Of a stretch of 64,000 nt of DNA, positions 14,701 through 28,668 are shown piece by piece. This DNA is from Eledone cirrhosa (taxonomy: Eukaryota): positions 262,384,001 through 262,448,000 of the forward strand of contig OZ024740.1 of assembly GCA_964016885.1 (NCBI GenBank), in the 5' to 3' direction. Position 1 is the stretch's first letter, and each line of letters starts with the position of its first letter. The position numbers and the translations under genes were made by a program. The notes under the pieces are model-generated. The model had not been told where the DNA came from. It saw only the letters and a program-made list of their open reading frames with translations, and searched no databases.

Positions 14701-17440
14701 GTAGAGTTGTTTGTGGTGGTGATGGTAGTGGTGGGTGTGGTAGTGATGGTAGTGATTGTAGTGGTGGTGATGGTAGAGGTGGTTGTGGTGGTGATGGTAG
14801 TGGTGGTTGTGATGGTGATGGTAGTTGTGGTAGTGTTGGTGATGATAGTGGTGGCTGTGGTGATGATGATAGTGGTGGTTGTGATGGTGATGGTAGTTGT
14901 GGTAGTGATGGTGATGGTAGTGGTCGTTGTAATGGTAGTGGTGGTTGTGATGGTGATGGTAGTTGTGGTAGTGGTGGTCATGGTAGTGGTGGTTGTGGTG
15001 GTGATGGTAGTGGTGGTTGTGGTGGTTATGGTTGTGGTGGTTGTGATGGTGATGGTAGTGGTGGTAGTGGTGGTGATGGTAGTGGTGGTTGTGAAGGTAG
15101 TGGTGGTTGTGGTGGTGATGGTTGTGGTGGTTGTGATGGTGATGGTAGTGGTGGTTGTGATGGTGATGGTAGTTATGGTAGTGGTGGTGATGTTAGTGGT
15201 GTTTGTGTTGGTGATGGTAGTAGTGGTTGTGATGGTGATGGTAGTGGTGGTTGTGATGGTGATGGTTTTGGTGGTTGTGGTGGTGATGGTAGTGATTGTA
15301 GTGGTGGTGATGGTAGTGGTGGCTGTGGTGTTGATGGTAGTGATTGTAGTGGTGGTGATGGTAGTGGTGGTTGTGATGGTAGTGATGGTTGGGATGTTGG
15401 TTGTGTTGCTGGTTGTGATGGTGATGGTAGTTATGGTTGTGATAGTGATGGTAGTGGTGGTTGTGATGGTGATGGTAGTGGGGGTTGTGATGGTGATGGT
15501 AGTGATTGTAGTGGTGGTGATGGTAGTGATTGTAGTGGTGGTGATGGTAGTGATTGTAGGGGTGGTGATGGTTGTTGTGGTTGTGATGGTGATGGTAGTG
15601 GTGGTTGTGGTGTTGATGGTAGTGATTGTAGTGGTGGTGATGGTAGTGGTGGTTGTGATGGTGATGGTAGTGGTGGTAGTGGTGGTGATGGTAGTGGTGG
15701 TTGTGAAGGTAGTGGTGGTTGTGGTGGTGATGGTTGTGGTGGTTGTGATGGTGATGGTAGTTGTGGTAGTGTTGGTGATGATAGTGGTGGCTGTGGTGAT
15801 GATGATAGTGGTGGTTGTGATGGTGATGGTAGTTGTGGTAGTGATGGTGATGGTAGTGGTGGTTGTAATGTTAGTGGTGGTTGTGATGGTGATGGTGATG
15901 GTAGTTGTGGTAGTGGTGGTCATGGTAGTGGTGGTTGTGATGGTGATGGTAGTGGTGGTAGTTGTGGTGATGTTAGTGGTGGTTGTGATGGTAGTGGTGG
16001 TTGTGATGGTGATGGTAGTTGTGGTAGTGGTGGTGATGTTAGTGGTGTTTGTGTTGGTGATGGTAGTAGTGGTTGTGATGGTGATGGTAGTGGTGGTTGT
16101 GATGGTGATGGTTTTGGTGGTTGTGGTGGTGATGGTAGTTGTGGTAGTGGTGGTGGTGATGGTAGTAGTGGTTGTGGTGGTGATGGTAGTGGTGGTGGTG
16201 ATTGTAGTGGTGGTTGTGATGGTGATGGTAGTGGTGGTAGTGGTGGTGATGGTAGTGGTGGTTGTTGTGGTGATTGTAGTGGTGTTTATGGTAGCGGTGC
16301 TTGTGATGGTGATAGCAGTGGTGGTGATGGTAGTTGGGATGATGGTAGTGTTGGTGGTGTTGATGGTAGTTGTGGTTTTGATGATAGCAGTTGCGGTGTG
16401 GTAGTGGTGGTCGGGATGGTGGTTGTGTTGGTGGTGTTGATGGTAGTGGTGGTTGTGATTGTGTTGGTAGTGGTGGTTGTGATGGTGATGGTAGTGGTGG
16501 TTGGAATGATGGTTGTCTTGGTGGTGTTGATGGTAGTGGTGGTAGTGGTGGTGATGGTAGTGGTGGTTGGAATGATGGTTGTCTTGGTGGTGTTGATGGT
16601 AGTGGTGGTAGTGGTGGTGATGGTAGTGGTGGCTGTGGTAGTGATGGTAGTAGTGGATGTGATGGTGATGGTAGTGGTGGTAGTGGTGTTGATGGTAATG
16701 GTGGTTTTGATGGTGATAACAGTGGTGGTGATGGTGGTTGGAATGATGGTTGTGTTGGTGTTGTTGATGGTAGGGGTGGTTTTGGTGGTGTTGGTAGTGG
16801 TGGTAGTGGTGGTTGTGGTGTTGATGGTAGTGGTGGTTGGAATGATGGTTGTCTTGGTGGTGTTGATGGTAGTGGTGGTAGTGGTGGTGATGGTAGTGGT
16901 GGTTGGAATGATGGTTGTCTTGGTGGTGTTGATGGTAGTGGTGGTAGTGGTGGTGATGGTAGTGGTGGCTGTGGTAGTGATGGTAGTAGTGGATGTGATG
17001 GTGATGGTAGTGGTGGTAGTGGTGTTGATGGTAATGGTGGTTTTGATGGTGATAACAGTGGTGGTGATGGTGGTTGGAATGATGGTTGTGTTGGTGTTGT
17101 TGATGGTAGGGGTGGTTTTGGTGGTGTTGGTAGTGGTGGTAGTGGTGGTTGTGGTGTTGATGGTAGTGGTAGATGTGGTGTTGATGGTAGTGGTGGTTGT
17201 GATGGTGATGGTAATTGTGGTAGTGGTGTTGATGGTAGTGGTGGTTGGAATGATGTTTGTGTTGGTGGTGTTGATGGTAGTGGTTGCTGTGGTGGTGATG
17301 GTAGTGGTAGTTGTGTTGGAGATGGTAGTCGTGGTGATGATGGTGATGATGGTATTTGATGATGATGATGGTGATGGTAGCAGTAGGGGTGACAGTGGTG
17401 ATGGTAGTTGTTGCGTTGGTCGTGATGGTAGTTGTGGTGA
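11780..17440. repeat. Complex trinucleotide satellite (GGT/GAT/AGT/TGT) with higher-order repeats
   Basis: Lines starting 13081 and 13321 are identical (240-bp period); the ggctg marker at 16631 and 16967 gives a 336-bp period. Confidence 0.9.
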
Positions 17441-17632
17441 TATAATTGTTTCTACTTTTTGGCACAAGGCCAGCAAATTATTCAGCGCATTACTGGTACT
17501 TTATTTTATCGACCTAGTAAGGATGAAAGGCAAAGTTAACCTCCGCGGGATTTGAACTCAGAATGGCAAGGGCCGTAACTCTATGCACCAAATCATGGCG
17601 TCCTACCCTCTACCGATACTGCCAATGCACCG
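17441..17632 (-). mobile_element. SINE family A
   Basis: Near full-length match to family A. Confidence 0.85.
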
Positions 17633-18742
17633 GTGATATAATGCTGCTGGAGGTGTTAAGAGTGGTGGTGATGTTTGTGGTGGTGATGGTCATGGTGGTG
17701 ATGGTAACGGTGATGGTGGCGGTATAGTGATGGCGATGTTGGTGATGGTCCGTATAGCAGTGGTAGCAGTGATGTTGACGATAGTAGTGGTGGTGCTAGC
17801 AATGGTGATGGTTTTCTAGGTGTTTTTGATGTTCTTGGTCCTGGTGGTGGTAGTGTTGGTGATGGTGGCAATGTTAGTGCGATGGTGGTTTTGTGATAGT
17901 AGTAGTGGTGGTAGTGGCATTAATGGTTGTGGTGGTGGGTGAGGTGGTGTTAAAGATGGTGTTAATGGATGTATAAGTTGTGTCGAGTGTAGTGGAGGAT
18001 AGCGGTGGCAGTGTTGTTGGAGGTGCGGTGTTGGTGTTGGTGTTGGTGATGATGATAGTGGATGTGGCGGTGCTGGTTATTGTAGTATAGAAGATGGCGG
18101 TGACGGTAGTAATGTGGAAGGCGGTGGTGGTGTGAGGGTGGTGTGAGGGTAATGGGAGTAATGGTGGGGTTAATAGTTGTGGTGTTGCTGGTCATGGTCG
18201 TGGTTGTAATGGTAGTGGTGGTGGGAAATGCGTGTTGGAGCTGTTGTTGTTGCTGTGGATAGTGGAGATTGTTTTGTTTTACGAGGTGATCGTGGTAATG
18301 GTGACGTACACGGTAACGGGCCGGGATGGTACTAATGGCGGCGGCATGGTTCAGGTGGGGGATAACGGTGCTCTCAGTGCTGGTGTTGATGGTATAGTTA
18401 GCAGTGAAGTTGTTGGTAGTTGTGGTCGTTGCGGTGTTGGTAGTAGTGAAAGTAGTGTAGATTGTGGTAGAGGTGGTGGTATGAATAATGGTTGTTGTTG
18501 TTGTTGGTGGTGGTGATGGGAGTCGTGGCGTTGGTGGTAGTGGAAGTAGTGTGGACTTTTAGTGGTGGTGGTGGTTGTATGAATAATGGTTGTTGTCGTT
18601 GGTGGTAGTGATGGGGTTGTGTTGTTGGTGTAAGTGGAGATAGTGTTGGTCGTTATGTTGTGATGATGATGGTGGTGGTGGCAGCAGCAATGGCGCTGAT
18701 AATTATGATAGTGGTGATGATTCTGGTGGTAGTAATATTAGT

Positions 18743-18918
18743 GTGGATTTGCAGTATCGGTAGAGGGTCGGGCACCATGCTTTGACGCATAGAGTTACGG
18801 CCCTTGCCATTCTGAGTTCAAATCCCACCGAGGTTAACTTTGTCTTTCATCCTTACTGGGTCGATAAAATAAAGTACCAGTAATACACTGGCCTTGTGCC
18901 AAAAGTAGAAACAATTAT
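18743..18918 (+). mobile_element. SINE family A
   Basis: Near full-length match to family A. Confidence 0.85.
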
Positions 18919-19189
18919 TTCATTCAAATATGTTTCCTGCCATGCTACAGCACCGCTTTGAGCCGTTCATATTCACCTAAATACTTATTTTATCATTATT
19001 TAACAGAGCAGCTAATTTGCGAGACATACTTAAAAAGTAAATTGTTACACTCCCCTACTCACACACAAGCACATACACAATACACACACACACACACACA
19101 CACACAATGAGGGAGAGAGAGGGACACACACACATATATATATTTTACCAAAATGGTTGACTGAAACATAGATGCGTTTTCTCAAAACA

Positions 19190-19192
<3 letters not shown>

Positions 19193-19222
<30 letters not shown>

Positions 19223-22200
19223 CTTCTTCTTCTTCTTCTTCTTCTTCTTCTTCTTCTTCTTCTTCTTCTTCTTCTTCTTCTTCTTCTTCCAGAGAGGGTC
19301 TTGGGGGAAGAGTCTTCAAACACTCCTTCCAGCGGCTCCTGTCAGAAGCAACCGTCTCCAACGGATCCGGCTGGATCCCCAAGAGGGACCAGCCAAGCTC
19401 ATGGATGTTATCCAACCATCTTGCTCTGGGTCTTCTCCTGGGTCTCCTATCGGTTGGTTTTGCTCGTAATATCTGACCAACGATTCATCTCTGAAACATT
19501 CTAACCACATTTCCATAGAATCGGAGCTGTGATCTCTCAATTTGGAGAAGTAGCAGCTCTACCTGGAGTGACTCTCTGATCTCAGATGTTCCAAAGACCC
19601 CGCGGAGGAACCCCATTTCGACCGCTAGTATCCTAGATCGTATTCTTTCAGTCATTCATGATCATACGTAAAGGTTGGCACGAATACCGAATTGAAGATC
19701 GCACGTTTGGCTTTTACGCCTACCTCCCCCCTTCTGGTTACTGAATGCTGAAGCTGGCGCTTACTGCACCAGCTCCTGAAATTCTTGCATTTAATTAAGC
19801 GTCCTGCCTTTCATCATTCGTGAACACATCCCTGAAATAGTTGAAATTCGCAAGTGCTTCAGTGGCAGAGTACACTGCACAGGTTACCTTCAGAGGAAAA
19901 GCGTCTCAGGTTTCTTAGCATTGATTTCCATTCTAGCTATGCAACACTCGGTATGTCGGAGATCACCTTCTGTTGAGTTAAGTAACACTATGTCGTCTGC
20001 AAATTCTAGCCGACTGATTTTACCCGCCAGTCATGATAGCATCTCCAACACGGCTGCGCATGTCAATCCTATTTATGTAAATAATGAACAGAAGAGCTGA
20101 CAGTACAGACCCTCGGTGGAGTTCGACTCTCACATTGAATAGTTTCGATTTAGTACCATTTATCCGAACACAAATATTTGGGCATTCATATAAAGACATC
20201 GGGACAGTAAGAAGCTGATCACCTATCCCATACTTCTGCAGAACCTTGCACAGCAGGTCCAAAGGAACAGCGTCGTATGCCTTTTCAAGGTTGTCAAAAC
20301 AAGAATATACCTTTTGGCAATTCTCCCACGATTGGAATATTTTGTCGGCTGAGCTGCAACCGGGGTGAAAACCACACTGTTCATCAGCTAGCTTGGACTT
20401 GACTATCTCCCTGTATCTCTTTGCCAGACACTTAGCCTAGACTTTACCGGGGATGCTTATGAAGGAGATCCACCTGTAATTGGAACAATCTTTCTTATCT
20501 ACCATTTTTGGGAAATTAGGATATATCACTCACGCTTAACATTACTTCGATACCTTTCCAGAGATTAATGTCACCCGGCGCACACGACGTCAGCCAGAAA
20601 ATTCCTTCTCTATTCATCGCTTTTAACATCCCCGGTCGGATTTCATCTTCCCTAGGGGCCTAGCCACATTTGAGCTATTTGAGCTCTTTAACTGCTCTTG
20701 TGATCCCAACCTCTGAGAGATTAGTCACCGCCCTCAGATGCACTTCATGAACATCAGAATATGTGGTGATTGGCTTTAGGAGACTAACAAAGTATTCTCT
20801 CCACCTTGCGAGGGTGCACGTCTCTGAAGAGAGAAGAACCTCAGATGCGTTCTTCATAGCAGGTGTGGAGGAGGGCTCCTTATTACAAAGTCTGTGGATA
20901 GTCTGTCAGCACACTTTATTTGCTTATTTGAAGTCGGATTGCAGCTTAACCCCAAAGTCCTCACATGTTTTAATTTTGGATGCCTTTACTGTCTCTGTTG
21001 TGATTCTTCGTGAATGCTCCTACGGCAAGTACAGGAAGGAAGACTTATTTCCAAGCCAAGCTTTATAAGCCTCCTTTGCTCGGAGGGCATCTTTGACATC
21101 TATATTGAACCAAGGGGTCGCCCCTGCCATCCGGCTCCACAGAAAACTTCTTTCGCCCGCAGCATATAACAGCTCAGGCAGAAACTCCTGTGCTGAACAA
21201 TCTCCACTTTGTTTCAACGTCCTTAGTTTTCTCCGGGATTTCTCTAAATTTGGCTGCAATAGTATCTGCATACCTGATCCTGACTTTCTTACCCATCAAT
21301 GCTCCTCACTTTATCCTGTAGGTCACCCTGGACTTGCCCAGTTTGTGGGCTTCTTTGGTTTTAGTTAGTCTCAAGTTGCAGATAAAAATATGGTGATTAA
21401 TTCACAACTCAGCCTGTCTCTTAACACCGACATCCAGCACAGAATCAAAGAGATCAGAGACAAGAACAAAATCAATATGATATCTGTCCCTCATTCGCCA
21501 TATACCATATATATTTATGGATGTATCTGTGCTGGAAGAAAGTGTTCATAATAGAGAAGACTAGTAAAGCCTCCTCATTAGAGATAGAGATCCTCATTTC
21601 TTCCAATCATTTATTTCCATGTTAGGTAATCAGTGCTGAAATGTGCATTGAAGTTACCCTTCAGGAGATATGACACAGTCGTATCTACATCTAATGCCAT
21701 AGTGACTTCATCAAAGAAGGACATGTATACAGACTCCTTGTGTGGTACATAAACCTGCACCAACCACAGATACCTATTTTTCAGCCTAAGCTTGAAGAGG
21801 CAAATCCTACCTCCTAATGGGATCCAGTCCATAACAAATTTGACAGCTAGTGAATATCCGCACTTCTGTGCAGTCATTTCTGGTGCCACACCTGAATAGT
21901 AGAGTTTCCATCCTCCATCTAAAGCTACAGTGTCAGAGCCACGGAACTTTGCTGAGGAAACAACGACTATATCTAGCCGGTAGCATCTAGCCTCCCCCAC
22001 TAGTTCCTGTTCCTTACCTGTAAGGGTTGTGATGTCCCAGGTTCCAACTCTCAAGTTTTTCTCCCTTCTGGACCCTCTTTGGGGTCTGGGGATATGAAAT
22101 TTTGTGCGTCTATTCCACACCTCCCAGGACAGGTAGCAGGCTAATCACCAGTTTTGGCAGCATGAAATAGAGACTGCAATATTTCTTTTGAACAAACTCC

Positions 22201-22555
22201 ACAACCTTGTTAACCTGCGTGAAGAAAGAGGTGGTATTATTCTTTTTTTTTCCTCCTCATATTGCAGTTTCAGTTTCAGTGGTCTTATTCACGCCAGTAA
22301 CCAATCTGGTACATTGTCAAATCTGCGAAGACTAGGCTGTTTTAGAGATGGCCTTTACTCGCCTCGTCGTAGCTACGTCACTGGGTTGTGAGAGTTTTCT
22401 TGGGAGATACAGGTGTCATTTGTTGCTCCACCCCCTAGTAGTTCACCGCTGTTGGTCCGGGGCTGCTTATTCAGCCCGCTTATATCGCAACTAGTCATCA
22501 TATCTGGTGGATGTATCACTATCCGCCACCTGCGCCCCGTTCTTTAGCCGAACAG
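19193..22555 (-). mobile_element. Near full-length decayed RTE-clade LINE with (GAA)n 3' tail
   Basis: AP-endonuclease N-terminus LRVGTWDITTL...YRLDIVVVSS, RT segment FNVRVELHRGSVLSALLFIIY, C-terminal SDRSRWKECLKTLPPRP then (GAA)n; many stops and frameshifts; non-coding 5' UTR ~22150-22555. Confidence 0.85.
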
Positions 22556-22713
22556 CTCTACCGAGAATATTTTTTAAGAAGGTAATCTGAAAAGAAATTA
22601 AAAATTAAGAAAAGGGAAAGTACGACCAAGGCGAAGATATACAAGGTCCAAGGATAAAAGAGGGGGAGGGGTTAGTGAAACCAGAAAAAAAAAGGAAATG
22701 ACGGAACGGTTAC

Positions 22714-22794
22714 CTTGGTCGTATGTGAACAATGAACAAATTATAAAGCTAGTATTTCTTCGATGCATTGCTACATCAGTCTCTAAAATTGAAC
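22714..22794 (-). other. Candidate 81-nt exon of an unidentified host transcript
   Basis: Minus strand tgtttttag|GT...CCAAG|gtaacc; only the phase-1/1 frame is open (SILETDVAMHRRNTSFIICSLFTYDQ); no homology recognised. Confidence 0.3.
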
Positions 22795-23459
22795 CTAAAA
22801 ACAACTGTCTTTCTTCTCTCTTTCTCTTTTTTCTCGCTCCCCCAATCTCTCTCCCCCTCTTCCCCCCCTTCCCCTCTCTCTTTCACTCGCTTTTTCTCTC
22901 TGTCATACTCCCTCTTTCTCTCGCTTTCTTACCGTTATTCCCTCTCTCACTCTCTCTTTCTCTCTCCCTCATTCTATCACACTCTCTATATCACTTCACC
23001 ACGCTTTCTCTCCCTCACACTCTCTATCTCTTTCTCTCACTCACTCTTTCCCCTATTCTCTCCTTCTACACCCCTCTCTCTGTGAATCAGTCAAGTATAT
23101 AAGAAGTCACATCATCGGGAGATCCCTAATTGTAATTTCCGTCTTGAGGTTCTTATCCACTATCCAACAGAAATCAACTGACTACGCTCTCTTGTATATA
23201 TAAAGGGATCGATTGCAAGATCCCAGACGTCGTTCGCTTACCGAGTTGGGTGCAATTCGTCAAATCCGACCAAAGAAACCATGTTTATTGGGTCTTTCCA
23301 TTGCTGATACTATCTATCGTACGCAACTCCTCGAAGAAAAAGAAAGCAACGTTAAATAAAGTCTTACACAAGGACATATGGCATTTACCTCTCCGAGAAT
23401 CTAACATGCAACCTCACAATTGCAAATCCAATTCTCTAATCATTAAGCCACGCGTATAT

Positions 23460-23833
23460 ATAATAATTGTTTCTACTTTTGGCACAAGGCCAGCAATTAT
23501 CCCAGTGCATTGCTGGTACTTTATTTTATCCACCCTGTAAGGATGAAAAGCAAAGTTAACCTCGGCGGAATTTTAACACAGAAAGTAAAAGGCCATAACT
23601 CTATGCTGCAAATCATGGGGTCTGGCGCTCTACCGATACTGCCAATCCGCGTGTATATATAATAATTGTTTATACTTTTTGCACAAGGCCAGCAATTATC
23701 CCAGTGCATGGCGTCCGACCCTCTACCGATACTGCCAATCCATATATAATAATTGTTTCTACTTTAGGCACAAGGCCAGTAATTACTCAGTACATTACTG
23801 GTACTTTATTTTATCGACCCCGTAAGGATGAAA

Positions 23834-23834
<1 letters not shown>
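23460..23834 (-). mobile_element. Cluster of three SINE family A copies (one near complete, one deleted, one truncated)
   Basis: Family A tail repeated at ~23460, ~23660 and ~23747. Confidence 0.85.
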
Positions 23835-23877
<43 letters not shown>

Positions 23878-23902
23878 AGGTGGTGGTGGTGATAGTTGTA
23901 GC

Positions 23903-23937
<35 letters not shown>

Positions 23938-23999
23938 CAGCAGCAGTAGTAGTAGTGGTACTAGTTGTTGCTGTAGTAGTGGAGGTGGTGGTGGTGGTG

Positions 24000-24039
<40 letters not shown>

Positions 24040-24064
24040 AGGTGGTGGTGGTGATAGTTGTAGC

Positions 24065-24120
<56 letters not shown>

Positions 24121-24188
24121 CAGCAGCAGTAGTAGTAGTGGTACTAGTTGTTGCTGTAGTAGTGGAGGTGGTGGTGGTGGTGGTGGTG

Positions 24189-24234
<46 letters not shown>

Positions 24235-24406
24235 AGGTGGTGGTGATGATAGTTGTAGCAGTAGTAGTAGTAGCAGCAGTAGTAGTGGTACTAGTTGTTG
24301 CTGTAGTAGTGGAGGCGGTGGTGGTGGTGGTAGTAGTAGCAGTAGTAGTAGTAGTAGCAGCAGTAGTAGTAATAGTAGTGGAGGTGGTGGTGGTGATAGT
24401 TGTAGC

Positions 24407-24456
<50 letters not shown>

Positions 24457-24492
24457 AGGTGTGGTAGTGATATTTGTAGCAGTAGTAGTAGC

Positions 24493-24527
<35 letters not shown>

Positions 24528-24580
24528 CAGCAGCAGTAGTAGTGGTACTAGTTGTTGCTGTAGTAGTGGTGGTGGAGGTG

Positions 24581-24641
<61 letters not shown>

Positions 24642-24648
24642 CAGCAGC

Positions 24649-24692
<44 letters not shown>

Positions 24693-24700
24693 AGTGGTAA
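23835..24700. repeat. (GTA)n/(GGT)n compound microsatellite with higher-order units
   Basis: Marker ggtactagttgttgctgtagtagtgg recurs four times, about 150-260 bp apart. Confidence 0.9.
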
Positions 24701-26201
24701 TAGTAGAGGGTGGTAGTGGTTGTAGTTGGTTGGCCTGCAATGCAATCACCGTCTGGCTGCTTCAAGATAGGAAATGTTGCTCTAAGGTAAAACCGGAGTG
24801 TCGTTCGAGACAACATAGCACCCACCACCCATCAACTACCACTCACCTCTCATCGTAACCCATCTACCACTCCCTACTCTCCTTCCTTCCCGCCATCTCA
24901 CCGCCTGCCCCCTTACCATCTTCACCACAACGCCAACTAAAACTTTGCTTCAAGACAATTATAAATCTGGTCTTTTGTCAAACAGTACCAACGACTTTCT
25001 TTTTCCTTCTTTTTCTCCTTCAGTCATTCTTTCCCTATTTCTTTTAATATTTCTTTCATTCTTTCTTTCTTTTTCTGTTTTTCATTCTTTCGCTTTCGTT
25101 CTTTCTTTCTTTTTGTCTTTCTTTACCCATTTTCTTTCATTTCTCACTGTGTCTTTATATTTTCATTGTCTTTCGTTCGTTCTTTCGTTCCTTATTAATT
25201 TCTTTCTCCCTTCACTTTTGTATATATGTCCATCTGTCGGACTGTCCGACTTAGTGTGTGTGAGATGTCTGTCTTTTTGTCACACTGACTTTTCTCTTCC
25301 TTCCTCTCTATCTTTCTGTTTGTCTTTCAAATTTACATGCTTATTTTGACTTTCATTCTGATGTATATAATATCTCACTATTCATTTGACATTCGCTTTG
25401 CCTGACGATGGTTTATCTTTCTGACGTCTGACCTAACTGTTTGTCACCGTCCATTCTTATACTCTTCTCCCTGTCCTCTCCTCCTTTATCCTTATCTCTC
25501 TCTCTCTCTCTGTCTTCCTACTTCTTTCTCACTATTCCTCGTTCTCAAGTAAACTCACAGACTGGCTCTCTTTCTGCCGTATAATCTGTTTGTCAGTCTT
25601 TCTCATTTACATCCTCTCTGTTTTGTCTAAAACTTTCGAGTCCCTTCTGACCTTTTATCTAAACTTTCGCGTCCCTTCTGATCTATTAATCAAAAATTTA
25701 TCCATCGTGTTTTTCTATCTTTTATTTGTTGATTTCATCTATTTTTCTGTTTCTGTCGAGTCTCTGCTATCAGTTTGATTTTATAATTGAGTCCTGTTAT
25801 ATCAGGCGGTTTATCTTTCAACCACAGAGGCTTCGAATTTTCATTAAAGCGTTAGATAAAATAACTGAAGGTCGATAAATTAGATACCTGTCCAAGGCTG
25901 GTGGATTAATGTAATTGTTAAAGAGGCAGGAGCAATGCTTTCTGGCATCTGTGCTTGCTATGTTTAAACCCCATCTCCTGCCAGTGTGACCGGCAGGATA
26001 TAATTTCCTTGGTACTTTGATAATCGGCTCCTTTCCTTTCCCTTCTGTCTGTGGCATTATATTTGTGACGTGCATTTCGTACGTTGCCCCCCCCCCCTCT
26101 TCTGACAAATTTGTGCCTGTTGGTCTATATTTTTGATATTACTTCAGACTGTTGTCAATGTTTATATATTTTCTGTCGGTTAGTAGTAGTAGTAGTAGTA
26201 A

Positions 26202-26275
<74 letters not shown>

Positions 26276-27411
26276 ATTCAGAAACACGTTTACTAAGTTT
26301 GTAGGCCCCCCTTCCCCTAGGAGTCGGTGGTATACAGGTTGGAAACCGCTGCAATAGGAGTTCGCAGATTGGTTCGTTTTCTGTCTCTCTAACGACCATT
26401 TTGAATATTTGTCTTATTATCAAGTCCGTTTATTTTATATCAGTAAGGCGTTTTCTGCTGGTCTAACATTTTACTGTGTGTTGTGACTGTTGGCCAATTT
26501 TCCTTTGTTCCTTATACTGTTGATCTAACTTTCTTTGTCTGTTGTGTTCTTTGGTGCATAATATTTTGGTCTGTTGTGACAGTTGGTCTACTGTTATTCC
26601 GTGATTGTGGAGCTCTTCCGTTGTGTATTCTATTTTATCTTTCCCCGTCATTTGTGTCTTTTAGTCTGTAATGATCCTGCTGTTGTTGATAATGGAGGTA
26701 ACGAGTGAAGACAACGACGATGATTACGACAACAAACGACGACAGACGACAAAGAACGACTACAATTATGACGATAATTTCCGCTTTAATTTATCCCTTC
26801 CTATTACATTGTCGGGTTTTTATCTATTTATTTAATATTTTAATGGTTTCTGTTAATGATATTAATGTCAATATTTAAGACACAAACCACCACCCCGCCA
26901 CCACCAGAAGAAGAAGTTTGGATTTGAATGCAAAACAATATAAATAATATATATATAAAACTAAAAAAAAAAACTAAAAAAAAAATCATTAAAAGATACA
27001 AATAACGAAAAAAAAAAAAAACGAATGAAAAACTGTTTTAAAAAATAAAATTATAAAATGAAAAAAATAAAAAAATAAGTAAATATATATGAAAAGTAAA
27101 AAAGTGGAATAAATCAGATATGAGAATATGTTGGTATCGGATTGATTTCAGAATGGCAAGAATAGGAAATGTTTGCAGGCGACATAAATTGAATTTTAAA
27201 AATATTATTATTCAAAACGCTAGAGAAATATCATGTTTGAAAATGCTATGAAAGGTAAACGACAATAATAATAACAATTGGAACAATAATAATACTAATA
27301 TAATGGTAATAATAATAATAATAATAATGATGATAATAATAAATATGAAATAATAAAAAATATAATGGTAGTAAGAAATATAATGGTAGTAACAAATATA
27401 AAATGATAATA

Positions 27412-27597
27412 ATAATAATTGTTTCTACTTTTAGCACAAGGCCAGCAATTAATCCAGTGTATTACTGGTACTTTATTTTATCGACCCCGCAAGGATGAAA
27501 GGCAAAGTTAACCTCGGCGGGATTTGAACTCAAAATGGAAAGGGCCGTAACTCCATGCTGCAAAGCATGGCGTCAGACCCTCTAACGATTCTGCCAA
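27412..27597 (-). mobile_element. SINE family A
   Basis: Near full-length match to family A, in (TAA)-rich sequence. Confidence 0.85.
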
Positions 27598-27612
27598 ATA
27601 ATAATGATGATG

Positions 27613-27643
<31 letters not shown>

Positions 27644-28584
27644 TAATAATAACAACAACAATATGCTATAATATAATGATAAAAATATAGAAAGATAGTA
27701 ATAATAATAATAAAGATAATAACGATCATAATAATGCTTTCTTTATTAACCACAAGGGTTTCCATAAAGTAGACATTAAGGACAGTACAAATGGGCATTT
27801 CGGCGTGTAAAAAAAACAGAGGATGTAATAAAAAAATAACGATCATAATAATGATAACAAAGATAATAATATTATTAATAAAGATAAATCCAGAGATTAT
27901 GACGACGACGACGATGATAATAATGATGATAATGCTGATGATGATTGTGATGACAATGACGAATGAAGATAATGATGATGTTGATGATTGCGATGACGAG
28001 GACAATGATGATGATAATAATGATGATGGTGATGATTGTGATGACGAGGACGAAGACGATGAAAATAATGGTGATGATGATTGCTATGACGACGACGATG
28101 AAGATAAATATGATGATGATGATGATAATAATGATAATAATAATAATAATAATAATAACAACAACAACAACAACAACAACAGCAGCAGCAGCAGCAGCTG
28201 TAATGTCTTAGGGAATATCAAAATAATAACAAAAATAAAATTGTAAGCAATTAATGCGACATTCTAACTCGATTAAAATATAATTAAGTGACTACTTAAA
28301 CTTGTAAAAATATTTTGTAATATTCTATTTCCTTTGTTTAGATTTATTTTATTTGCTTTGGCTTTCATATCGTTGTTTTTCTATATTTATTATGTCTTGT
28401 TGGTTTTTGTGGACTGTTGTTTTTTATTGCTTGTTTTATGGCTAAAGTTTTTTGTTTCAAACAAATTTTTCTCGTGATTTGAAGCAAAAGAAATAAATGA
28501 TTTTTTTTGTTGTTAATTGAAAGCATGAAATATGTTTGTGTCTGTGTTTCTATGGGTGCGTACGTTGAGAAAGAAGGAGAGAGA

Positions 28585-28668
<84 letters not shown>

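Noticed and set aside
11682-17555. 1927-, 1782- and 1361-aa ORFs (Thr/His-rich or Gly/Val-rich, mucin-like)
   Set aside because: Trinucleotide satellite lacking stops in several frames on both strands; composition flips between poly-His and poly-Thr at indels; the longest ORF starts inside a SINE; no signal peptide or domain
23806-24828. Ser/Gly and Thr/Leu ORFs
   Set aside because: (GTA)n/(GGT)n repeat fused to a SINE
25800-26700. Complex sequence around a (TAG)n tract, possibly a decayed TE ORF on the minus strand
   Set aside because: No motif that I can assign
27791-28246. Asp/Asn-rich ORF
   Set aside because: (GAT)/(AAT)/(AAC) microsatellite mosaic
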